Part shown: positions 1-12,100 of the stretch, in pieces
Position numbering within the stretch: the stretch's first letter is position 1
Layout of the letters: every line of letters starts with the position of its first letter
From: Mobula hypostoma
Lineage: Eukaryota
Assembly: GCF_963921235.1 (NCBI RefSeq)
Contig: NC_086097.1
Span: forward strand, 57,724,001 to 57,788,000
Direction: 5' to 3'
DNA: 64,000 nucleotides
The notes under the pieces: model-generated
Databases searched by the model: none
The model's input: only the letters and a program-made list of their open reading frames with translations
Told to the model about the DNA's origin: nothing
Program-made: the position numbers and the translations under genes

Positions 1-137
1 GTTTCTTGTCACGAAGTGAAAATAAATAATAGAAATTATTTCTTCGCTTTTGTGGCGTGACACATCTTAACCATCGCACAGACAATGACATTGTGAGATG
101 TCGTGATTTCTGTCTGTGGCAACTGAGAAAATATACC

Positions 138-540
138 ATTGAATTGAATTGAATTGACTTTATTACTTACATCCTTCACATACATGAAGAGTAAAAATCT
201 TTACGTCACGTCTCCATCTAAATGTGCAATCCGCAATTTATTGTAATTTATAATAAATAGTATGTACAACAAGATAGTCAATATAACATAGAAATACAGT
301 TGTTTCAACATGAGTTAAGCAGTCTGATGGCCAGGTGGAAGAAGCTGTCCCGGAGTCTATGGTCCTGGCTTTTATGCTGCGGTACCGTTTCCTGGAGGTA
401 GCAGAACAGTTTGTGCTTGGGGTGACTCAGTTCCCCAATGATCCTTCGGGCCCTTTTTACACACCTGTCTTTGTAAATGTCCTGAATAGTGGGAAGTTCA
501 CATCTACAGATGCGCTGGACTGTCAGCACCACTCTCTGCA
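138..540 (-). mobile_element. Rex1/Babar-like LINE 3' fragment
   Basis: ORF 305..592(-) LPTIQDIYKDRCVKRARRII...RLRDSFFHLAIRLLN; (attga)n tail at 138-157. Confidence 0.8.
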
Positions 541-1369
541 TTACGACTTTAAAGATTTGTGACAGGCTTGGCTGGGAAAAAGGTAATTGCACTTATAAGG
601 GGCCCTGCATGATCCCATTGGCTTTGTTATCCAGCGAAATGTCCATTACTGGGATTGTTGCATATAGTCGAAATGAACATTTCGGCAACGGGTACTCGGT
701 AGAACAACTGGAGTTGTCCCAAATACCACAATTGCTGGGTTTTATTGTAAATTATAACGGAACAGTAAACAGAAAATAAATTTGGAGGGGATGGGGCTTG
801 GTTGTAGCCTCACTTTGGAAAGGAACCTCTCACAAGCTTTCAACGCGTTCATTATTTAACTTCACTTCATTGTCAAAACTTTCCCGCATTCCATCGATTA
901 TTACTTTGGATAAGATTGTCAATTGGTGAATCTACTGTACATTTCCCCAGTATCTGGGGTTGGGTGGATGTTATCTCTCTTAATCTTCATGTCAACTTCA
1001 AACCGCTTGAAGTTTGGAAGGAATTGACATCACAGTTTGACATCGAGTTCTCAGCTTCTTTATCGCGAATAGTCTGCTGTGAACATCCTGCCCGGCTGAT
1101 TACCTTCCCTTTCGTATTGCCGATGTGTTTTCTTAAAGAGATGACATGTTATTTATCAAAATTGCTGCAATATCACCTAAAGTCAAACTCGGGCGTCAGT
1201 TGTTGGTTGTAGTCAGGAAGCTGTGATGCACACTTGGCGATTGGGAGAGAAACTGCTCATATTAACATTGATTAGGCCAAATTACAGGATGATCCAACAA
1301 AGGGATTGCAACGCAAAGAAATACTGTGTAGTTTGAACTATAGGGCCCATGGTTACTTATCGTTCAAAA

Positions 1370-2030
1370 ACTAAAATACTGCACGTGCTGGAGACCTGAT
1401 AGGAAACGGAAGAGCTTGAAATACTCGACAGGCCAGTAGGCTGTTTCTGTTCATAGATTGGGAGCTAACTTAGGGAAAGATGTGACAAGTATTAAGATGC
1501 AGAGGAAGCGGTGTGGGGGAGGAAAGAAGAAAAAGTGATGTTTGGGATAGATTGAAGGACAGATAGGAACCTTCTCGCCCATGAGATTTATCTTGTTCAG
1601 TGAAAGCGAACAAGATAAACCGCGTGAGGGAGAAGAGTAGACCTTCTCCTAGAACAGAGGTGCCAATGCTGTTAAGATTATCCAGAAGCACAAGTTCCGC
1701 TATAATGTAAAAAAGATGCCCCATTCTTATTTGAAACAAGAGAAAATCTGCAGCTGCTCGAAATCCAAACAACATACACAAAATGCTGGAGGAACTCAGC
1801 AGCCAGGCAGCATCTAATGAAAAGAGTCAACAGTCGACGTTTCGGGCCGAGACCCTTCATCATCCCTATCGTTTCTTTCACCTTCTCTTTGAGTCCCTTT
1901 CTTGCGCCTGCCATGTTTGACCCTTAACATTTCCCATTTCTGATTAAAGGTCATTTCCCTGAAACTTTAATTCCAACCCTCTCTCCACAGATGCTGCCCG
2001 CCCTGCCGAGTATTTTTTTTGTGCTTTGTA
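1370..2030. mobile_element. Old fold-back Penelope-derived element (minus arm ~1370-1450, plus arm ~1935-2030)
   Basis: Degenerate copies of the ctga..gaaac...gatgctgcc..cctgctgagt tail in opposite orientations. Confidence 0.45.
1738..1863 (-). mobile_element. Short Penelope-derived element with hammerhead-like motif
   Basis: Reverse complement tgatgaagggtctcggcccgaaacgtcgactg...gatgctgcctggctgctgagttcctccagcattttgtgt matches the 3' end of the GIY-YIG element at 17964-18815. Confidence 0.8.
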
Positions 2031-2039
2031 CCTGACATT

Positions 2040-2820
2040 TACCAGAATGAGATGCCGATCCGGAACCGGCGAAAATCACCGCGACTCTGCCTATAGACTC
2101 ACGCCGTTATGCGTCGTCAGCTAATCCACTGAGTTTAAGCAATACAGTTTCTACTTTATCATGCACTTTTAGTATTATTTACCCGAGCTTCCGTCTAAAT
2201 GCGCAAATGCATTTCCCAATCTGTTATAATCGAATAACACAAGTCTGATTTTGAAAATCATCAGTTATCGAAAATGGATTTTAAAAGTGTCCACCCCCTG
2301 GGTCTCATATGTTTTTTTTTAAAAATTATGATGATAAGAACATTCTTATTTAAACGAAGAGTGGCTGTTTATTCAATGTTCTGTTTTTAAGTGTTGAATA
2401 CCGATCCTCCCCGCCCCCCACACTCCAAACAGGAGGTTCCCCTTTAACAAAGGTGGTGTCCCGGTGCTGTTTGATGTGGCCGCTCTGTTCTGCTATAGTT
2501 GATCACAGTTTGATTAGGATTAGAGCGGTGCTTGTGCCGGGGCGGCAGGACGTAAATTGCGGGCTCACGTACAAGACGCGCCTGGGTGCTTCTGTATTTG
2601 AGTCAAGGGGAGAGGGACAGTGGAGCTGTCAACGGTCGAGGCTGCCGCAACGTTTTGAGGAAGGAGTGTAGTTTGTGGTCTTCATCTCATTAACCCCGAT
2701 CTGTCATCCCGGGAAAACACCCCGGCGGAGGGGATTAAAAATAGCTCTTCCAATATCTGAACAAAAGGACAAGACTGCGGGAAGCCAGCGTTAGCAACTG
2801 AAGCAGAGCCTTTTTTATTA
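2040..2820 (+). promoter_or_regulatory. CpG-rich promoter / 5'UTR of DACT1
   Basis: High CpG retention relative to the rest of the window; GC-box-like ccccgccccc at ~2409-2418; directly upstream of exon 1. TSS not determinable. Confidence 0.6.
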
Positions 2821-3161
2821 TGCTAAAACAGACGTCCGCTCTTTTAACGATGCCTGTTAACGGGATTCGGCACCCGATAAAACTGGAAGGGGAGACCCGA
2901 AACCGGGAGAAAGCAGAAGCTGAGAGCGATCGGTGCCGGACCCGAGACAGGTTCGAGGCTACCTTGGCTGGACTAGGAGAGCTGGATTTGCTGAAACACA
3001 GACAGGAGTACTTGGTTCGGGGTGCAATGGAATTACTGAAAGCTTCAGAGAACACTGCAGCTCTCAAAGGCGAAAGGAGAAAGGGATCTCAAGGGGAACT
3101 TTATTTGACCCCTGAGGAAAAGCAATTAGAAGATAACATTATCATGTTAAGGAAACAATTG
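2820..3161 (+). CDS. DACT1: DACT1 coding exon 1
   Basis: ORF 2820..; ends ...AAA CAA TTG|gtgaga, phase-0 donor at 3162. Confidence 0.9.
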
Positions 3162-6100
3162 GTGAGACATTAAAACGAACTGCTTCTAAAATAAAGATGT
3201 ATTATTAGCGTGATACTCTTGATAATTGCAGCGGTATAGTGACATTAACTGTAAATCTCCCCAAATATCATCCTACATTTTAATTAGTCAATTCAGCGTC
3301 ATACTTTGCAACGTGGCTTGTAAAATAATACTAGAGTCCATTATAGCAAAACAGAATCGAAGATTCTGGGAGACGCGTCCATTCAAAAAATGTAATTCTC
3401 TGGCATAGGTCTTTAATGATTTCCGCGTTTGCTTTGAGTGACCTTCGTGCCATATTAATTACTGGATTTACGTACTGCTGAATTTCTTGATCTTGCTGAT
3501 CAAGCTAACGAAAAAGTGAAGGGTTTATTGGGAGCATAAACTTTTTTTTTGGCCCCTTGACTCTTCCGGCTCGGGATTGCAGCTGTGCGTTTGTATGTCT
3601 GTTTAAAAAGAAGTGGGGCGAAGTAGATCAGTTTCCATTTGCACAGAGTAACAATCAGACTGTACAATATTGCTGTAGAAGACGTGTGATAGAGGGAGCT
3701 GGTCGTTAATGGCAAATGCAGCTGGGGCATTTACAACGAGTTCGATTAGTCTTTTGAGATGGCAGAGAAGGAGTCGTGGCTATTTGTAAAAAAATGCAAT
3801 AAATTGACTTCCTACTAATGAAATAACAGCATAATACTAATCTCCTCGGAGGAGGAGGAGGTCCGGCTGTACGTTTTAAACCCCTTTGGCCGCTTATAAT
3901 AGACATAGTGACTTAAATGAACTTTACAAGCAGACCGCGGCTCTCCTGCAGAGCGAGGGGCTGGAATCTGCTTATGTTACCGATCAGCTGACCGAGATGA
4001 AGCAGACCTTGCCTCTTTCTGTGCAGTGTTGCTGCATCATTTAATGGAACAATAGAACGGACCGTAGCTTGACAAAATTGTACATTTGGTTATACTCCTG
4101 CCCCCAGATTACTCTGACAGTTGACTGACTGGAAATTGTACTGGACGTAACTGGGTTAGCTCTTCTCGAATTATTAAGCCCTAAATTTGTATATCTATAT
4201 ATACACAGAGGTGTGTGTGTCTGTGTGTGGTGGTGGTGGTGGGGGGGGGGGGGGAATGACCCGCTCTCTGTGGAGCTCTAGTTCCAGGGTATATTCTACA
4301 CCATTCGGGAGGCATTTGGATAAGGTGTTCTGTCAACGCCTATTTTATTTAAAGGCATTAATTCGGCCATGCTTGACAATGGAGGAAAAGGCTAAGAAAC
4401 TGTGTGTCAATTGCTAATATTTCACGGGTTTATCAATGACATTGAACTTTCTGCCACGCCGGATCTACAGACGATCGAATCCACTGCGGGCATTGGCGTT
4501 GCTCGTTTCTTTAAGATAGCTTTTTGAAAATAAAAGTCCACATTGTAATCGTGTGAGTGTGTGTAGATGGCAAGTTGCCAATAATGAAGTCTGTTCCCCC
4601 TTTCAGGAATTTCATCTTCTGCTTTTGAACCGAGGAGCTAACAGTATTTTCATTTTACTTCGTGGCTGTAATATTCTATGAATAACTGACTGCATTCAAT
4701 AATTCTCTGGAGGGATCCGGGATATTTAACCAATTTTCTACATTTTAGCAACTTGTATTCATGTATTCCAGAATTTTAAAGACACAATACATGCTGCAAA
4801 TATAATTTCATTGATTTAACTGAGGAGTGAAATAATTCACAATTAACTCCTTTTATAAATCAGCAATGTATGCTGCTATTTGCAGGAAACACACCTGAGG
4901 TTTCATGATGTGACTGGGATAGTGGAATGTTAAACATCAGTTAAAGGGCAGAATTAATAGCTTTCTTAGCATTCACTGAAGCCTGAATTAGTTATTTCTG
5001 CGATTGATTAAAATGTGTTGCTGCTTGATCTTTACAGAACTGTTTGAGGAGGAGAGATGCTGGCCTCATAAATCAGCTCCAGGAGCTGGATCGACAGATC
5101 AGTGACCTTCAGTTGGATGTGGAAAAGGGTCCAAATGACAACCTAGAAACAGACAGCAGACCCAGTTCAGGTCAGTCTGCTTATGGTAGACATCTGGATA
5201 TGCACATCAAAGGATGATTCATATGAGTAGGAACACTTCCACACTGTTGGAATACCAAATATCCTCTGCAGTTCTTAAATCCTTCTCCATTTGATCATGT
5301 TGTTTTAAAACCTTGACGTTTAGAATCTGATTACAAACTGCAGTAGTTTGAGAAATTTTGTACTGTCGCTTTTTTCCTCTGTGCTCATGGACTTCAAAAT
5401 GAAAAACTTCAGTTAATATCCTGCATTTCACCAAGTTGTGAGGATGCAAATATAGGTGATAATCCTACAATTACCGTAGCAAAATAGTTTGTGTTAAACA
5501 ATTAATAAAATTGAGCAATACAAACTATTTGACTGCCAACTATTTTCTAAGAACATTACTGACATCCTTCACATACCAGAATATCCCAGAAAGAATTACA
5601 TCTGATGTTTATTCTCTGTTGCTGTATACACAAATGTAACAAAGCTATATCCCACCAAGCAGTCAAGAGATAACGACAACTAGTTGATCTGTTTTGGCAT
5701 TAAGTGCTCAGGACACCAGGAAAATGCTTTGTTTATCAAATTGTCTTCCATTACAATGCACCATGAAATCACTGACAAATGTCTGGAAGAAGGGTCTTGG
5801 CCCAAAACGTTGACTGTTCATTTCCATGGATGCTGACTGACCTGCTGAGTTCCTCCAGCATTTTGTGTGTTTTGCTATCTCATCTAAAAGGCCACTTCCA
5901 AAACTGCAGTACTGACGTATTGCAGATTCACCATTCTACATTATGTGCTCAAGTCTGGGACAGAGCTTGAACTCATGACCTTCTGATTTGGAGACCACCC
6001 TAAATTACATTTTTTTTCCTTTGTCCCTCTAGTTTTGGCAGGGTATTCCACTTTTTTAAAAAAGCTGTGCTGCTTTGGGTTTCCCAATGGCTTAGTAGGT

Positions 6101-9100
6101 AAGTGTATCATCCTTTGTGTCAGTAACCCACCTAGCGATTATGCATCTGAAAGGTGCATTTAACCCTTGGTCTGTGCTCATTAAATATGTCCAATAAGTG
6201 ACAGAAAATTTAGAGTTTCAAGCAGCTCTGATAATCCTAATCACTATCACTCATATATATGTATTGATGTCAAGCAAGAACCCTATTGGAAATAGCTTAT
6301 AATTGACACATGTACCAAGGTGCAGTGAAAAGGTCATCTTCCATACTATTCATATAGATCAAACCATTACATGGTGCATTGAAGTAGAATAAGGCATAGT
6401 GCATTGAAGTAGAACCATAGAACACTACAGCACAGAAAACAGGCCATTCGGACCTTCTAGTCTGTGCTGAAACATTATTCCGCTAGTCCCATTGACCTGC
6501 ATCCAGCCCATAGCCCTCCAGACCTCTCCCATCCATGTACCTATCCAATTTATTCTTAAAACTTAAGAGTGAGCCCGCATTTACCATGTCAGATGGCAGC
6601 TCATTCCACACTCCCACCACTCTCTGAGTGAAGAAGTTCCCCCTAATGTTCCCCCTAAACCTTTCCCCTTTCACCCTAAAGCCGTGTCCTCTCATATTTA
6701 TCTCTCCTAATCTAAGTGGAAAGAGCCTGTTCACATTTACTCTGTCTATACCCCTCATAATTTTGTAAACCTCTATCAAATCTCCCCTCATTCTTCTACA
6801 CTCCAAGGAATAAAGTCCTAACCTGTTCAATCTTTCCCTGTAACTCAACTCCTGAAGATCCGGCAACATCCTAGTAAGTCTTCTCTGCACTCTTTCAATC
6901 TTACTGATATCCTTCCTATAGTTAAGTGACCAGAACTGTACACAATACTCCAAATTTGGCCTCACCAATGCCTTATACAACCTCCCCATAACATCCCAAC
7001 TCCTATACTCAATACTTGGATTTATGAATGCCAGGATGCCAAAAAGCCTTCTTTACAACCCTGTCTACCTGTGACGCCACTTTCAGGGAATTATGTATCT
7101 GAGCTCCCAGATCTCTTTGTTCCTCTGCACTCCTCAGTGCCCTACCATTTACTGTGTATGTCCTACCTTGATTTGTCCTTCCAAAATGTAACACCTCACA
7201 CTTGTCTGCGTTAAATTCCATCTGCTATTTTCTAGCCCATTTCCCCAGTTGGTCCAAATCCCTCTGCAAGCTTGAAGCCTTCCTCGCTTTCAATGCAATC
7301 TTAGTGTCATCTTAGAACAAGGTTAAATAATAACAGACTGCAGAATGAAGTACAACAGCTTAAGAGAAAGTACATGATCATAACACGATAGATTATGAGG
7401 TAAAGAGTCTGTCTTAATGAACTAGGGACCCATTCAATGTTCTTATAGAAGTGGGGTAGAAGATGTCCTTGAGCCCAGTGATATGTGCTTTCAGGCTTTT
7501 GTATATTTTGCCTGATGGGGTGGTGGGGGGGGGCGGGGGGGAAGAAGAGAGGATGTGCAGGGTGGGTGGACTCTTTGATTATACAAGCTGCTGAAGTAAG
7601 GAGCAGTATAGACAGTCCATGGAGGGGTTATTGATTTCCATGATGTCCTGAGATGTGTTCATGACCTTCTGAAGTTTCTTGTGGTCGCAGGCATACCAAG
7701 CATCTGGATTAGGTGCTTTCTATGGTGCATTGATACAATTGGTAAGGGCTGATGAGGGCATGCCAGATTTCTTTAGTCTTCCAAGGAAGCAGAGCCGTTG
7801 GTGAGCTTCCTTGGCTGTGGCATATTTGATACTTAAATATTGGAAGTCAATATTTGAGCTCCTAAAAAAAATTTAAAAAACCATTAGCTTTGTTTGTCAC
7901 ATGTACATTGAAACATACAGTGAAATATGTCAAATCAAATCAGCTGGGGGCTCCCACAAGTGTTGCCATGCTTCGGGTGCCAACATAGCATGCCCACAAT
8001 TTACTAACCCTAACTGTACGTTGCTGGAATGTGGGAGGAAACCAGAGCACCCAGAGGAAACACGCGGTCACAGGGAGAACAGACAAACTCCTGACACCAG
8101 TGGGAATTGAACCCTGATATTGGCTGTCACTGGTACTATAAAGTAATTGCACTAATGCTATGCTACTGTGCCGCTGTGCTAAATGGCTTCTGCGCTAATA
8201 ACTTGGGGATAGCCAATTAAATTCTAAATTGGGTGGGGGGGAATAGAAAAATTAAGAAAATGTAATAATACCAAAAATACTAAGCACATATAAATAATTT
8301 TAAATATTGCTGACCATCTTTGGTTTGCTTTAATGTTAAATCTTAAGCAATCAACTATTTTGTTTGAAATACTGCAAAGTAAGTAATATATGGTTTCCTT
8401 TAAGGAAGGTAGATGTTTGAAACTCTCAAAATATATGGAATGTATACTAAATACCATTAAGGTATTTGATTGATAAGAAGACCTTTAACTAATGCACATA
8501 TCGACTCTACCACTTTTTTGTTTTACCATATTTGAATTATACTTTTTTCATTTATAGGAAAGAACCCAATTTGCTTACCTGATGTTAGCCAAAATAATAC
8601 AAAAGTAAAATCTTTAACATGCTTTCACCACTACTGCCCTATACTTCAGAATTTCTAATTGCCTTAAAAGGTGATTGTTCTTCCCTGTGCCAATAAAACG
8701 CTGTTTCAGATACTTCTAATTTTCTCCTTTCTTTATTAATGTATTTTTATAATAATGTTCATTTGCTGCTGATGTCTTCAACCATATTGTAAAGCCTTTA
8801 CATTTTTGCTTGCCTTTTAAGTACATGTTTATTAGAAATCTATTTTTTTGTCATGAAACTTCTGGTAGAAATTATCCAAACATTTTGATGTTACACCCAA
8901 AATAGAGTTCAACTTATTGCAGCTTTAACTGAAACAAATGATTTAAAAAAAAGAATGCTATTTTGTCACTTAACTAAATTTTCTTTTTAAGTATTTCGGT
9001 ATCCTAATCAAATGTGATGATCTAATATTCTCTTACACTACACCATATACTGTGTTTATATTTTTGCAATATCTAGTTTATTGAAAGATTGAGTAGCTTC

Positions 9101-12100
9101 TCTAACAAATTTATGTGAACTTGGTATATAGAAAATTCATTTTGCTCTTTGATTTTGACAGGTTTTTACGAAATGAGTGATGGAGCATCTGGGTCACTTT
9201 CAAACTCCTCTAATTCTGTTTTCAGTGAGTGTTTATCCAGTTGTCATTCCAGCACCTGTTTCTGTAGTCCACTGGATGCACCACTGAACATTACAGATGG
9301 CCGCCCTAAGTCAACAGGTAAGAGACATGTAAATGGATTGTTATGACTGAAATTCCTCTATAATCTGGTGATCTGACTTGCAGTTAATATGGAGTTGGGT
9401 ACCTTCTTGCTAATGCGGTGATGTTTGCATCAAATGTTGACCAGCAAAAAATGCCAAATTTAACTTTTTAGTTCATAACATTACAGTTGTGGTGGGAAGA
9501 ACAGAGATGATTTCTTAGCATTTTTTCCCCTAAAATGCATCATCCGATTGCATATTTGCAACTAAAATACAGAGATGCCACACCTTGAGGTCTTTATTGA
9601 TTGCTGAATACTTTATCAAGGAAGATGGGTAGTTGGGTTTATCTTGTCCATCTCTTGAATTGGGGACGATTTATGAAGAAGCTTACAAATTGGGATTTTG
9701 ATATAACGTGGATGTACATGATTAAGCCAATCCCCTCTGTGCTAGTTTGTGATTTTAAAAAAACACATATTTTATATATGTATTGTGGATTCCAGTTAAT
9801 TGGGACACATTGGAACCAGTACATTTTGACCCAATTAAATGGTTGCTCCAATTAGCCAAGGTTTCATGGTGTAAAAAAGACAAACTACCGTTTAACTGAG
9901 TAACAAATCAAGCATTTAAGCCAAATACAGAATAAATTAGAACACTACCAAAACTACTACAGTACTTTAATACAATGTATTAGTTCCTAATAGTTACCAA
10001 TGGGGGAAATTCATTCAGTGTACGCTGCGGTCTATGGGATGTCCAGGGAGGGGTAACACCTCTGGTGAAGGGGGTTTGTCATGTCCATCCTGGGGCAGCT
10101 CACTTACTTTTGGTCCCTACTGGACACACAGCTCTCACCTGTGGCACCAAGTAACTGTTAGCAGCCACACTCCAGTACACTGCTTCGACAGGCGGGCTAA
10201 ACCAGGTGAAGGTAGGTGGTGGGCCTCGTACCCTGGTGAAACATGGACATGTCTGTCCTAGCATGTGAATCCAGCTCCAGCGGACTAAGCAGATAAGATC
10301 AACAGTGAGATCCAACTGCCAGGAAGGTGGTTCCGCAACACTTCTTGGGGAGCGAAGGACGTGGAAAGGCACAGAGAATTCATGGTCACCCACTACGATC
10401 AAGGAAGATTGCAGTCTATAATGACTACTCATACCACTAGAGCTGGATTAGAACTCTCCTAGTGCAATGGCTTTTCCACTTTAAAAATATGTAGTTGCTC
10501 CAGTTCCAATGCAGCACAAAAAAACGTAATAATACATAGAATGCAATAATAACAAAAAATCCATGATAAATGTAAATACATAAGATAGCATATGTACATA
10601 GATTGTATGTCCATAAAGTGACACTGAGCACAAGAGTGTCTATACATAACGTGACTCTGACAGGAAATGATAAAGTAGTGGTGGTTTGGGATGTGGAGGG
10701 GTGGATTAGTGGGTGGAGGTGTTGATCAGCCTTACTGCTTGGAGAAAGTAACTGTTTTTAAGTCTGGTGCTCCTGGCATGGATGCTATATAGCCTCCTCC
10801 CTGATGGGTCTGGGACAAACAGTTCATGAGCAGGGTGGGTGAGATCCTTTATGATGTTATTGGCCCTTTTCTGGCACCTTTCTCTATACATGTCCTTGAT
10901 GGTGGGTTGCCTGGTGCCGGTGATTCAGTGGGCAGTTTTGACGACCCTATTGTAGAACCCTCCGGTCCACTACGGTGCACTTTCTATACCAAGCAGTGAC
11001 TCAGCTTTTTAGGATGCTGTCTAATGCACACCTGTAGAATGACATGAGAAGACATATGCCTAGACAAGTAGATGTTAAAATTGTGCTTTGTAATTTGTTT
11101 TTTTTAATGGTGTAAAAACGTAACATTCTAACAATTACACTTTAGGAAGCAAAAGGATATAATTTCAGTGTTGCTTCAGGGTTTGGTTTGAAGTCTTTGA
11201 ACTGGAGTATTTCAATGGTCCAGACACTGCTATTCTGATTAACAATGTACATTTTTGCAATATGAAGACATAATTCAGCATTCATTTGTATATTTCACAC
11301 TGTTACATGGTAACAGTGGATCATGATTTAGTTGATCAAACTCAGATAAAATTCTCTTATTTCTATATTGTTTGCTGTGACTCTACAGCCATAGCTGTAC
11401 CACCTTTGATTCCATTAGTAATGGCCATGGTTCTGAGTTAAACAATTTGAATGTTCCTAGTCCCATACCAGAGAAATGAATATAAAACTGTAGGCTGGTG
11501 CTTTGGTTTAGAACCAAGGCTATGCTACAATATAGGTGGTACCGTTTCTCAAATGAGGTGAGTTGATCTATTTACCATTTGGAGATGGATATAAATATAA
11601 TTTTTGAATAACAGAATTTATCTCCAGTGTCATGCCAATGATTTATTCTTCAGTGTTACTTGGAGAAATAGTTGTCCTTTTGCTAACACATTTTCCTAGC
11701 CATTTTCAATACCTAAGCTTCAGCAACTGCAAATGCTTCTGAGCAGAATGTTCACTTCTAAACAACCAGCTTGTAAAAGAAAATTGGAAGTCAACAAGAA
11801 ATACAATTTATAAACTACCCTTTCAATATAATAAAAAAACCCAAAAGTGTTGCGTAAAAGCATCAAACACAATTCATAAACATGAGAAAGTGTGCAGGTG
11901 CTGGAAATCCAAATCGACAGACACAAAATGGTGGAGGAACTCAACAGGCCAGGCAGCATCTCTGGAAATGAATAAGCAGTTGATGTTTGTGTCTGAGACA
12001 CTTCTTCAGGACTGAAAAGGGGAAGATTCCACTCAAGCCTCTCACTTCATCTAACCTGTCTATCTCTTCCTCTGGGGTGCCCTCCTCCTTCCCTTTCTCC

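Noticed and set aside
2453..2671. 72-aa upstream ORF
   Set aside because: GTG start, no recognisable homology, and the TSS is unknown.
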